This document shows positions 28,901-36,236 of a stretch of 64,000 nt of DNA, in pieces. The notes below the pieces were generated by a model, which worked only from the letters and a program-made list of their open reading frames with translations, did no database searches and was not told the DNA's origin. Source of the DNA: Candidatus Omnitrophota bacterium (GTDB lineage: Bacteria; Omnitrophota; Gorgyraeia; Zapsychrales; JAHFFX01); contig JAHFFW010000010.1 of the NCBI GenBank assembly GCA_023247725.1, positions 7,734-71,733 on the forward strand, given 5' to 3'. Position 1 is the first letter of the stretch. Each line of letters begins with the position of its first letter. The position numbers were made by a program, and so were the translations under genes.

Positions 28901-29322
28901 GCGCGTCCAATACCCCTACAGTCCAGCGCATGGAAGAACATCATCAGTTAGTTCAGAAAGGCGTTGAGCTGATTGTCGCAGAAGAAAAGTCTGTCGGTGG
29001 CCAGTTAGGACGTCCATCGGGTGCGCGTTTCCGGACATACGAGCGTTTGAAACGATATGTAGAGGAAGTAAAAGGCACTCTTTTCGAATCCCAAGAACTA
29101 CTCAAAGCTATTGAGGAAATATACCGCTATCCCCTGCGGTCGACTGCCCTAGACACCCTCAACCGTCAATTAAGAAGCGGTATATCTGATCAGACATTGG
29201 CGGAATTGGTCGTGGCCCTCCGTGATGAAGGCCGATTGTGTATTATTAATGAGGAAGAGCAGGTTCACGAACCGCAGATTATCTGTTCTCTTGGGCTCGT
29301 TTCTAAGCGGGAGGCCAAGTAA
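25945..29322 (+). CDS. PLD-nuclease::SNF2-type helicase (restriction-like)
   Basis: PLD motif LHAKLYL...GSSNLT; Walker A GDVVGLGKT; DESH; LSATP; SEGQNLQ; QRVGRVDRIGQ. Confidence 0.9.
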   Translation: MPRIFDNIDLDLLTALKETLNVSNRADFCVGYFNLRGWRQIDSYIERWAGGEGKCCRLLVGMSKLPQDELREALSLVKNEEGIDNQTALRLKKKLAEEFRNQLAWGIPTNEDEVGLRRLASQIKAQKVVVKLFLRHPLHAKLYLLFRPDPINPTVSYLGSSNLTFAGLSKQGELNIDVLDHDACQKLSRWFEDRWDDHRCIDISKELADIIDESWAREEQPIPYYIYLKMAYHLSQEARVGLSEFKIPKEFGQKLFEFQTAAVKIAAHHINKRGGVLIGDVVGLGKTLMATAVARIFEDDHGLETLVICPKNLVPMWEDYREQYRLHAKVLSINRAARELPSLRRYRLVIIDESHNLRNREGKRYRAIQEYLQENESKVILLSATPYNKTYLDLSNQLRLLVSADSDIGIRPERKLREMGETEFIRQHQCSVRSLAAFEKSEYADDWRELMRLYLVRRTRTFIQDNYAETDPTNGRKFLTFEDGTRSYFPTRIPKTVPFHIDDHNPSDQYAQLYAPDVVDIINHLNLPRYGLGNYVAATPHKPPTATEQKILQDLSRAGRRLMGFSRTNLFKRLESSGHAFLQSAERHILRNFIFLHAIENDQPIPIGTQDAEILDTRFSDEDKTVELFNDNDDDGEVAEETTSLRSEKDFKNRASEVYSEYFKLHKHRFKWLPPEFFVKSLANDLRADIDTLMRILNKCKQWDPAKDAKLDALYDLLIKKYPNDKVLIFTQFADTVRYLEKQLTDRKVAKLAGVTGDSSNPTALAWRFSPISNNKQEYIKPADELRVLIATDILSEGQNLQDCSVVVNFDLPWAIIRLIQRVGRVDRIGQKAEKILCYSFLPAEGVEQIINLRNRVRQRLSENAEVVGTDEAFFEDDRDDRRVLDLYHEKSGILDGDADSEVDLASYAYQIWKNAITENPELQKVIPELPDVVYSTKPIKPTEKEPEGVLVYLRTAEGNDALTWVSKDGKSVTESQLTILKAAECASNTPTVQRMEEHHQLVQKGVELIVAEEKSVGGQLGRPSGARFRTYERLKRYVEEVKGTLFESQELLKAIEEIYRYPLRSTALDTLNRQLRSGISDQTLAELVVALRDEGRLCIINEEEQVHEPQIICSLGLVSKREAK

Positions 29323-29325
29323 ACT

Positions 29326-32300
29326 ATGCCCGTTGCCGTCGTCAATTGCAGGAATTACCTGAGGAATTTTGATCTAAATTCATTGTTTATCGAACAACTG
29401 GGCTGGGACATTCATGCCCAAACGTTGGAAGTCGCTGTTGACGGGAAAAATTTTATTTTAAATGCTGTAGCTCAAAAACGAGGCATGGCCGCATTTGTCC
29501 TTAATGGCCGCATTCCTGATTATTCCACGCGACGCAAAATTGAGCGTCAGGTAGCTAAGTCCGCCCATGAACACCTGATCATTTTTACTGATCCTGATCA
29601 GACAGTCCAAACATGGCAGTGGGTAAAGCGCGAGGCCGGGAAGCCAATCGCCTGCAGAGAGCATATTTATCACCGCAACCAATCCGGAGACGGGCTGATT
29701 CAGAAACTTCAAGCGATTGCCATTAGCATTGAAGAGGAAGAAAGCTTAACGCTTCCTCAAGTCGTTAACCGTGCGCGGACAGCCTTTGATGTCGAACGTG
29801 TCACTAAACGCTTCTATGATTGCTTCAAAACCGAACATGATGCTTTCTTCCGATTTATCAAAGGGATTCCTGATGATGAACTGCACCGCTGGTATGCTTC
29901 CGTTATGCTCAACCGGCTGATGTTCATCTATTTCATTCAAAAAAAAGGCTTCCTCGATGGTGATACTAATTACCTTCAGACGAAATTGATGCAAGCTAAG
30001 CAGCGGGGCAAAGATTGTTTCTATCGCGAACAGCTCTGCCCGCTATTCTTTGAGGGTTTCGCCAAAAAGCCCTCCCAGCGATCAGCCTCAAGTAACAAAC
30101 TTTTGGGCAAAGTGCCTTATCTAAACGGCGGGATCTTTCAACGTCATCAAATTGAAGAGCTTCATGGAAAACAAATTCAGATTTCCGATGCCGCCTTCGA
30201 GAAATTATTCAGTTTCTTTGAACAATACCACTGGCATTTGGACGAACGCCCGCTTCGCTCCGATAATGAAATCAACCCGGATGTTCTTGGTTACATTTTC
30301 GAAAAATACATCAACCAGAAGCAGATGGGGGCGTATTACACCAAAGAAGATATCACGGGCTACATCAGCAAATACACGATCAGTCCGTTCCTCTTCGAGG
30401 CGGCCCGCGGCAAATGCAAAGTGGCTTTTGAAAACCCTAAGGGACCTACTATCTGGGATTTGCTTAAAACCGATCCGGATCGTTATATCTATAATGCTGT
30501 CAAAAAAGGGATGAATCTGCCCCTGCCTCCGGAAATCGCGGCCGGGGTTAAGGACGTTGCCAAGCGCACCGAATGGAACAAACAAGCGTCCGAAGAATAT
30601 GCCCTTCCACCCGAAATTTGGCGCGAAGTCATTGAGCGGCGCAAACGCTATGAAGAAGTTAAAAGGAAACTAACCACAGGAGAAATCAAGGATATCAACG
30701 ATCTCATCACCTATAACCTCGACATTCGCCAGTTTGCCCAGGATGTCATAGAAAATTGTGAAGGCCCGGAATTGCTCCGTGCCTTTTGGCATGGTATTGA
30801 ACCAATTACCGTGCTCGACCCGACCTGCGGCAGCGGGGCGTTTTTGTTTGCCGCCGTGAACATTCTTGAGCCGCTTTACGAAGCCTGCCTTGACCGGATG
30901 GAGATGTTTGTTGAAGAGATGGAGTGTTCTGCTCAAAAACACCGCCCTGAGAAATTTTCCGATTTTCGCAAAATCCTAGAGCGTGTTGCTCAGCATCCCA
31001 ATCGCAGATATTTTATTTTCAAATCTATCATCGTCAATAACCTTTACGGTGTGGATATTATGGAAGAGGCTGTCGAAATCTGCAAGTTGCGCCTGTTTCT
31101 CAAGCTTGTTGCGCAGATTGACCGTGAAGAGCAAATCGAACCGTTGCCCGACATCGACTTCAATATCCGGGCCGGTAATACACTGATTGGCTATGCCACT
31201 TACGAGGAGATGAAAAGCGCCATTACAAGCCGGCTTGATTTTGATAATGCCTTGGATCGTATTGAAAAAAGGGCTCAGGATGTGGATCGACTGTTTAGTT
31301 TATTTCGTCAACAACAGACTGAATTAGGTGGCGAGGTCGCAGCTGAAGATAAACAGGTTTTACGAGATCGCCTTAAATCTCTTGAAGATGAACTCAATCA
31401 GTACCTCGCCAACGAATACGGCGTGGATACCAAGAAGCACGGTCCTTACGAACAATGGCTGAAAACGCATCATCCGTTTCATTGGTTTATCGAATTTTAC
31501 GGCATCATGAAGAAAGGCGGGTTCAATGTCATAATCGGTAACCCGCCATACCTTGAATTACGCGAAGTACGGTATACTCCCCAAAATTTTAAATGTGGGA
31601 ATAGTGGGGCAATCCATGCGATGTGTATCGAACGCAGTGTGCAGTTACTCCATCGACAGGGATGCATGAGCATGATTGTTCCATTGTCCTTGGTCTCAAC
31701 ACAACGAATGCAGATCGTTCAGGAAGTTCTAGAAACTAAACGAAACGCTTGGTATTCAAATTACTCGTGGCGCCCGGGTAAGCTTTTCGATACAGTTAAC
31801 CGCGCCCTGACTATCTTCGCTAGCACGCCATCAGAAAAAGGTAGAACATTCTCGACTAACTATCAGAAATGGACATCTGATAGTCGTGATTTACTTATGT
31901 TAAAACTCAACTTCATTGAAATCTTTCGACCGCGACCGGCTTGTTGGATTCCCAAACTTGGTAATGAGATAGAACCTTCAATTTTAAAGAAATGTTTACA
32001 AGTAAAAGTCCCATTAGGCAGTTTTATCCGAAATAATAATTACAGGATTTACTATCGCACCACTGGAGGCCTCTATTGGAAAGTATTTACAGATTTTCCA
32101 CCCGCATTCAAAGTTAATGGAAAGGTCGGTCACTCCAGTCGAGAAACTAAGTTTTCGTTAACCGACGCAAGATTTGTTTTTCCTGTCATAGCTGTTTTAA
32201 GCAGCGATCTGTTTTGGTGGTGGTACACTATCACAACTAATTGTCGTGATCTTAACCCTTATGATATACAGAATTTTCCTATTCCTGAATCTGCGATAAC

Positions 32301-32562
32301 TGACGCAGCGCTGTCAAGCTTAGGAGAAAAATACCTGAAAGATATTAAGCAAAATAGCATCATGCTGGTTCGTGTTCAAAGACAAACTGGCAGGACTCAA
32401 ACTCAGTCGTTTAAAATCCAAAAGACTAAGGCGATCATCGATGAAATTGACCAAGTGATAGCTAATCATTATAGGCTTAATCAAGAAGAGATAGACTTTA
32501 TCACAAATTATGACATCAAGTACCGCTTAGGTTTCGATGATGAAGATAACGATGAAGAATAG
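29326..32562 (+). CDS. Large N6-adenine DNA methyltransferase (Eco57I/type IIG-like) with C-terminal target-recognition region
   Basis: LNRLMFIYFIQKKGFL, PYLNGGIF, GAYYT, LDPTCGSGAFL, IGNPPY. Confidence 0.9.
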   Translation: MPVAVVNCRNYLRNFDLNSLFIEQLGWDIHAQTLEVAVDGKNFILNAVAQKRGMAAFVLNGRIPDYSTRRKIERQVAKSAHEHLIIFTDPDQTVQTWQWVKREAGKPIACREHIYHRNQSGDGLIQKLQAIAISIEEEESLTLPQVVNRARTAFDVERVTKRFYDCFKTEHDAFFRFIKGIPDDELHRWYASVMLNRLMFIYFIQKKGFLDGDTNYLQTKLMQAKQRGKDCFYREQLCPLFFEGFAKKPSQRSASSNKLLGKVPYLNGGIFQRHQIEELHGKQIQISDAAFEKLFSFFEQYHWHLDERPLRSDNEINPDVLGYIFEKYINQKQMGAYYTKEDITGYISKYTISPFLFEAARGKCKVAFENPKGPTIWDLLKTDPDRYIYNAVKKGMNLPLPPEIAAGVKDVAKRTEWNKQASEEYALPPEIWREVIERRKRYEEVKRKLTTGEIKDINDLITYNLDIRQFAQDVIENCEGPELLRAFWHGIEPITVLDPTCGSGAFLFAAVNILEPLYEACLDRMEMFVEEMECSAQKHRPEKFSDFRKILERVAQHPNRRYFIFKSIIVNNLYGVDIMEEAVEICKLRLFLKLVAQIDREEQIEPLPDIDFNIRAGNTLIGYATYEEMKSAITSRLDFDNALDRIEKRAQDVDRLFSLFRQQQTELGGEVAAEDKQVLRDRLKSLEDELNQYLANEYGVDTKKHGPYEQWLKTHHPFHWFIEFYGIMKKGGFNVIIGNPPYLELREVRYTPQNFKCGNSGAIHAMCIERSVQLLHRQGCMSMIVPLSLVSTQRMQIVQEVLETKRNAWYSNYSWRPGKLFDTVNRALTIFASTPSEKGRTFSTNYQKWTSDSRDLLMLKLNFIEIFRPRPACWIPKLGNEIEPSILKKCLQVKVPLGSFIRNNNYRIYYRTTGGLYWKVFTDFPPAFKVNGKVGHSSRETKFSLTDARFVFPVIAVLSSDLFWWWYTITTNCRDLNPYDIQNFPIPESAITDAALSSLGEKYLKDIKQNSIMLVRVQRQTGRTQTQSFKIQKTKAIIDEIDQVIANHYRLNQEEIDFITNYDIKYRLGFDDEDNDEE

Positions 32563-33151
32563 AACTCCTGCGGATATGGAAACTCGTGAAGTTTCAAGAG
32601 GCCATCACGATTATCCGAATCAACTCATTCGTTGTTTTGAGAATAGATCGCCTTTAATTATCACTATGCAAGGCAACATTTCGATTTTTCGAAATGATAA
32701 ATTGGCCCTCTTTTGTTCGGTCAAATGTCCCGGCAAGGTCATCATTACGCTTTATGACTATATGCAAGCTTTGTGTGAGCAAGGCCAAACGGTCATCAGC
32801 GGTTTTCATTCACCCTTGGAGAAAGAATGCCTCCGCATTCTGCTCCGCGGCCGACAACCAGTTATTATCTGCCCGGCTCGAGCTATTCAAAATATGCGCT
32901 TGCCGGAGGACTGGAAGAAACCGCTTCAAGAAGGCCAACTGCTTTTGATATCGCCTTTCAAGGGAAACCAACGTCGGGTTACTATAGATCATGCTCAACA
33001 ACGAAATGAATTTGTCGCAGCCCTAGCGGACAGGATATTGATTCCCTATTCGTTCCCTGGTGGACGAACGGAAAAACTGCTTGAAAAGATTTCGCGCTGG
33101 AATAAACCCATTCTAACAGATATCGGATCAACCATGCAGTTTGCAAGATAA
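32552..33151 (+). CDS. DprA/Smf-like Rossmann-fold protein (short family)
   Basis: LALFCSVKCPG, ISGFHSPLEKECLRILLRG, RNEFVAALAD; exact start uncertain. Confidence 0.8.
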   Translation: MKNRTPADMETREVSRGHHDYPNQLIRCFENRSPLIITMQGNISIFRNDKLALFCSVKCPGKVIITLYDYMQALCEQGQTVISGFHSPLEKECLRILLRGRQPVIICPARAIQNMRLPEDWKKPLQEGQLLLISPFKGNQRRVTIDHAQQRNEFVAALADRILIPYSFPGGRTEKLLEKISRWNKPILTDIGSTMQFAR

Positions 33152-33235
33152 ATAGTGACAGCGACCATTAGCCGAGATTGAAATGGTCGAGAATTTCGAT
33201 TAATAAAAAACTAAGAGATTTTCAATATTTATGAC

Positions 33236-33271
33236 GGCAAGGCCTAAGATTGGTTTTGCCATTTTTTATTT
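33236..33271 (+). terminator. Intrinsic terminator ending the helicase/methylase operon
   Basis: GGCAAGGCC-loop-GGTTTTGCC followed by ATTTTTTATTT. Confidence 0.6.
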
Positions 33272-33304
33272 ATTGGGATCTGTTTTTGCTCGTTAAAGAT
33301 TTTC

Positions 33305-33359
33305 ATTGACAAAAATAAAGTCAATTGATATAGTATGTGCAATTGTAACAGTTTAATTG
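33305..33359 (+). promoter_or_regulatory. Near-consensus sigma70 promoter with overlapping palindromic operator candidates
   Basis: TTGACA (33306-33311), 17 bp, TATAGT (33329-33334) with extended TG; inverted repeat ATTGAC-N9-GTCAAT at 33305-33325; CAATTG at 33322 and 33340; TAATTG at 33354. Confidence 0.75.
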
Positions 33360-33375
33360 AATATGGAGGTGTGAA

Positions 33376-33549
33376 ATGGTCGCAAAACCAACGATTCAGG
33401 AGCTAGAGGCTCTTTTAAATAGTGAAGAGGAGACGCCTATGCAAATTCTTCCTAATGGGGAAATCAGAGCCGTTGGGCAGACAAATCCTGCTGATCTTGC
33501 AGGGAAGAAGCCAATAACCATGAAAGAAGATTTAGGTGGAGAATATTGA
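33376..33549 (+). CDS. 57-aa peptide ending LGG-EY; putative conjugatable modifier precursor (not in the ORF track)
   Basis: SD GGAGGT at 33365-33370; MVAKPTIQELEALLNSEEETPMQILPNGEIRAVGQTNPADLAGKKPITMKEDLGGEY*; first gene after the promoter; stop 2 nt before the next ATG. Confidence 0.8.
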   Translation: MVAKPTIQELEALLNSEEETPMQILPNGEIRAVGQTNPADLAGKKPITMKEDLGGEY

Positions 33550-33551
33550 TT

Positions 33552-33926
33552 ATGGATACTGGTCGTATTCAAAGAGAATTTTTAGAAGCCCAAAGAGCCT
33601 TTTCCTACATTGAGCTTCACCCTACTATCGATGGCAAGGTGTACGTAAAGACAGCGCTCCAAGCTTCAAATCAAATGTATATTCTATCCATTAAGTTCCC
33701 AGATGGTTATCCGAACGAGATGCCAAGAGTATTTGTTGATACCCCAGCCATAACGACTGCTCCACACAGATATCAAAATGGCCATATCTGTTATCTTCAC
33801 CCTACGATGTGGAATCCAGGAATTCACAATATTTCTTTTGTAATTGCGCGGGCAGCAAAATGGTTAAACAAATATGAGATTTGGAAACGTCAAGGTCAGT
33901 GGCCCGGTGCGGAGATTAAACACTAA
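33552..33926 (+). CDS. Prokaryotic E2/UBC-fold conjugating enzyme with catalytic Cys
   Basis: RIQREF N-helix, IKFPDGYPNEMPRV, APHRYQNGHICYL, WNP. Confidence 0.85.
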   Translation: MDTGRIQREFLEAQRAFSYIELHPTIDGKVYVKTALQASNQMYILSIKFPDGYPNEMPRVFVDTPAITTAPHRYQNGHICYLHPTMWNPGIHNISFVIARAAKWLNKYEIWKRQGQWPGAEIKH

Positions 33927-33938
33927 GAGAAGGTAACT

Positions 33939-34472
33939 ATGAAAATAGATTTTAAAACTTTAAAAATGATGGAATTGAGAAGTTCTCCTGGAGAGGTTTT
34001 AGATCGGGTAGCCAGAGATGGGGAGGTATTTGTCATTGAGAGAAATGGTCAGCCCAAAGCATGCCTTGTTCCGGTTTCTTTTCTTCTGCCTGATATTTCT
34101 CCAGAAAGGATAACGGAGGAGTTAAATAAACTTCGCGATAAAAAGGAAAATTATAAATTAACGATTAATGATCATAAGGAACTTGAGATTAAATTTCAGG
34201 AGAGTGCTGCTGGCGAAAATATTGTAATCAGTATCGTGCTGCCACACGGGTATCCCAACGCTGCTCCCAGAATTGACGCACAGGGTATTCCAGAAAACAC
34301 GCCCCATCGATGGCAAGATGGGTCTTTATCGATTTTTGGAACCATAGCAACGTGGAATACCAAGAGTCACGATATCATTTACGCATTAATTGTAGCCAGA
34401 AGTTGGCTTAAGCAATACGCGAAATGGCGAAAAACTGGTGAATGGCCAAAAGATTTGCAGGACGGATCATGA
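33939..34472 (+). CDS. Phd/YefM-type DNA-binding domain fused to an E2 variant (Cys replaced by Ser)
   Basis: N-terminal ELRSSPGEVLDRVARDGEVFVIERNGQPKACLVP (Phd-like); C-terminal IVLPHGYPNAAPRI...TPHRWQDGSLSI...WN. Confidence 0.8.
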   Translation: MKIDFKTLKMMELRSSPGEVLDRVARDGEVFVIERNGQPKACLVPVSFLLPDISPERITEELNKLRDKKENYKLTINDHKELEIKFQESAAGENIVISIVLPHGYPNAAPRIDAQGIPENTPHRWQDGSLSIFGTIATWNTKSHDIIYALIVARSWLKQYAKWRKTGEWPKDLQDGS

Positions 34473-35323
34473 AAAAAGATCAAACATTCGAGAGAATTGA
34501 CTCCCTTTTTGATATTCAACTTTTGGCACCTGTCCGGGTGCTATTCGCTGGCTGTGGCTCCGGTGGAGGAAGTGTAGCTCTCCAACTTGTCATGTCGGGA
34601 ATTCGTAATTTTACACTTTTAGATCGGGATATCCTTGGAGCAGAAAATGTTATTAGGCATGTTTGCGGAAGAAGTTTTATAGGGAAAAAGAAAGTCGATG
34701 CCTTAACGGAAATTTTACAGGACAGGAATCCAAATATCGATGTCAAAAAGATAGAAGCGGACATAATGAATTTTTCGGATATTGAATCAGAAATTTGCGG
34801 ATCTGATGTTGTTGTTTTGGCGACGGACAACGAACCATCCCGTTATAAAATTAATGAAATTTGCGTAAAAAATGAAATTCCTTTTGTCGTGGGACGGGTT
34901 TTTACCAGAGGTATTGGAGGCGAGGTCTTTAGTTATCGACCTGACTCTGGGGGATGTTTGGCTTGTCTTGAATCTTTTTTGCAGCGTACTTCATATAGAG
35001 AAGGGATAAGGGAGATAGATCTTGTTTCTGAGGAAGAGCGGGAGAAAATTTATGGTATGGAAATTTCAGAAATAAAAGACTCCCCCGGTCTGGCGGTGGA
35101 TATTTCCTTTATTACTTCTTTCCATACAAGGTTTGTATTGGACGCTATTGCGCGGCGTTTGAAAGATCGGCCTAAGTATTTGAATTTGATAGATGAAAAT
35201 TATTTAGTTTGGGGGAACCGGCCGGTGCATCCGTTTAAGAAACATTTTCAGTTGCAAAGATTTAATTTAGATCGTCAGGAGAGTTGCGCACTATGCTCGG
35301 AGAGGAATGTGGCCGATGTTTAA
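34469..35323 (+). CDS. ThiF/MoeB/E1-family adenylyltransferase
   Basis: GCGSGG, LDRD, ENVIRH...GKKKV, ATDN, two CxxC (CLAC, CALC); ATGA-coupled to the previous gene. Confidence 0.92.
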   Translation: MKKDQTFERIDSLFDIQLLAPVRVLFAGCGSGGGSVALQLVMSGIRNFTLLDRDILGAENVIRHVCGRSFIGKKKVDALTEILQDRNPNIDVKKIEADIMNFSDIESEICGSDVVVLATDNEPSRYKINEICVKNEIPFVVGRVFTRGIGGEVFSYRPDSGGCLACLESFLQRTSYREGIREIDLVSEEEREKIYGMEISEIKDSPGLAVDISFITSFHTRFVLDAIARRLKDRPKYLNLIDENYLVWGNRPVHPFKKHFQLQRFNLDRQESCALCSERNVADV

Positions 35324-36236
35324 ATCAAAAAAGCCAGAGGTTAATATTTATATTCCGAAATCAGCACTTGGTGTGATTTATGATGAATGTGATCAGTATG
35401 ACCTTGATGAAACAGGCGGCAGGCTCATTGGAAATTATAAAAAAAATGGTAATAAATATACAATTGAGGTCTCAGGGATTATAGAACCCGGCCCAAAAGC
35501 GACAAGGACAGCAACGAGCTTTTTTCAGGACGGAGAATATCAGGAGAAGATTTTTAGATCAGTTGAAGAAAAACATCCCGACGTTGAACATCTGGGAAGT
35601 TGGCACACACATCACGTTAATGGCCTTGATACTTTGAGTTCTGGTGATAGGGCTACTTACCAGAGGATTGTCAATCACCATATGCATAATACGGATTTTT
35701 TCTATGCGCTTTTAGTTGTTGAAAAGAAAACCGGCGGGCAACAAAGGTATACGATCAAACATTATTTCTTGCGTCGCAAAGATTCGGCGATTTATGAAAT
35801 TCCGGACTCACAGGTTCACATTATAGATAAGCCCCTCATTTGGCCGTTCAGCGGCGCAAATAATTATTTACCGTCGTCTATACCTAAGGCTGTGGAGGTC
35901 AAAAGCAACTCCAATCAGGAACGTGTCAAAGATCAAGAATTTTTCGCTGAATTTTATTCCGGCTTTAAGCCTTTATTCTCAAAGAACACGAATGCCTTTT
36001 ATTGGAAAGGTAAATTGAATCTTGTTGATAACACCTTTTTAGACGTGGTGGTTATAGAAAATCAGGATGATCATGGATGGGCCTATTCGATCGCTGTTGC
36101 TGATCAGATCCCATCAATATCCAATATTTTGACAAGTTACAAAGATCGTACCTTTAAATCTGCAAGGCTTGCCGTGTTTAATATAGAGAGAAACATCAAT
36201 CAAGGAATTTATCTTAAAAAGGAATCAAATGTATGA
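35316..36236 (+). CDS. JAB/JAMM (Mov34) metalloprotease with C-terminal extra domain
   Basis: ETGGRLIG...GPKATRT...HLGSWHTH...LSSGD, a complete JAMM E-x-HxH-x7-SxxD motif. Confidence 0.9.
   Translation: MFKSKKPEVNIYIPKSALGVIYDECDQYDLDETGGRLIGNYKKNGNKYTIEVSGIIEPGPKATRTATSFFQDGEYQEKIFRSVEEKHPDVEHLGSWHTHHVNGLDTLSSGDRATYQRIVNHHMHNTDFFYALLVVEKKTGGQQRYTIKHYFLRRKDSAIYEIPDSQVHIIDKPLIWPFSGANNYLPSSIPKAVEVKSNSNQERVKDQEFFAEFYSGFKPLFSKNTNAFYWKGKLNLVDNTFLDVVVIENQDDHGWAYSIAVADQIPSISNILTSYKDRTFKSARLAVFNIERNINQGIYLKKESNV

Noticed and set aside
25945-33151. DISARM or BREX assignment
   Set aside because: DrmA/DrmB (DUF1998) and PglZ/BrxC are not present in the window.
33161-33189. Inverted repeat CGACCATT...AATGGTCG after the DprA-like gene
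   Set aside because: Short, has no U-tract, and a better terminator lies downstream; no function can be supported.
33376-33549. Calling the peptide Pup or a ThiS/MoaD sulfur carrier
   Set aside because: No PafA/Dop or proteasome genes and no thiamine, molybdopterin or cysteine biosynthesis genes nearby; GGE is not terminal; the neighbours are E2 proteins.
33939-34472. Type II toxin-antitoxin pair
   Set aside because: The Phd-like domain is fused to an E2 variant and no Doc, RelE or PIN toxin gene is adjacent.
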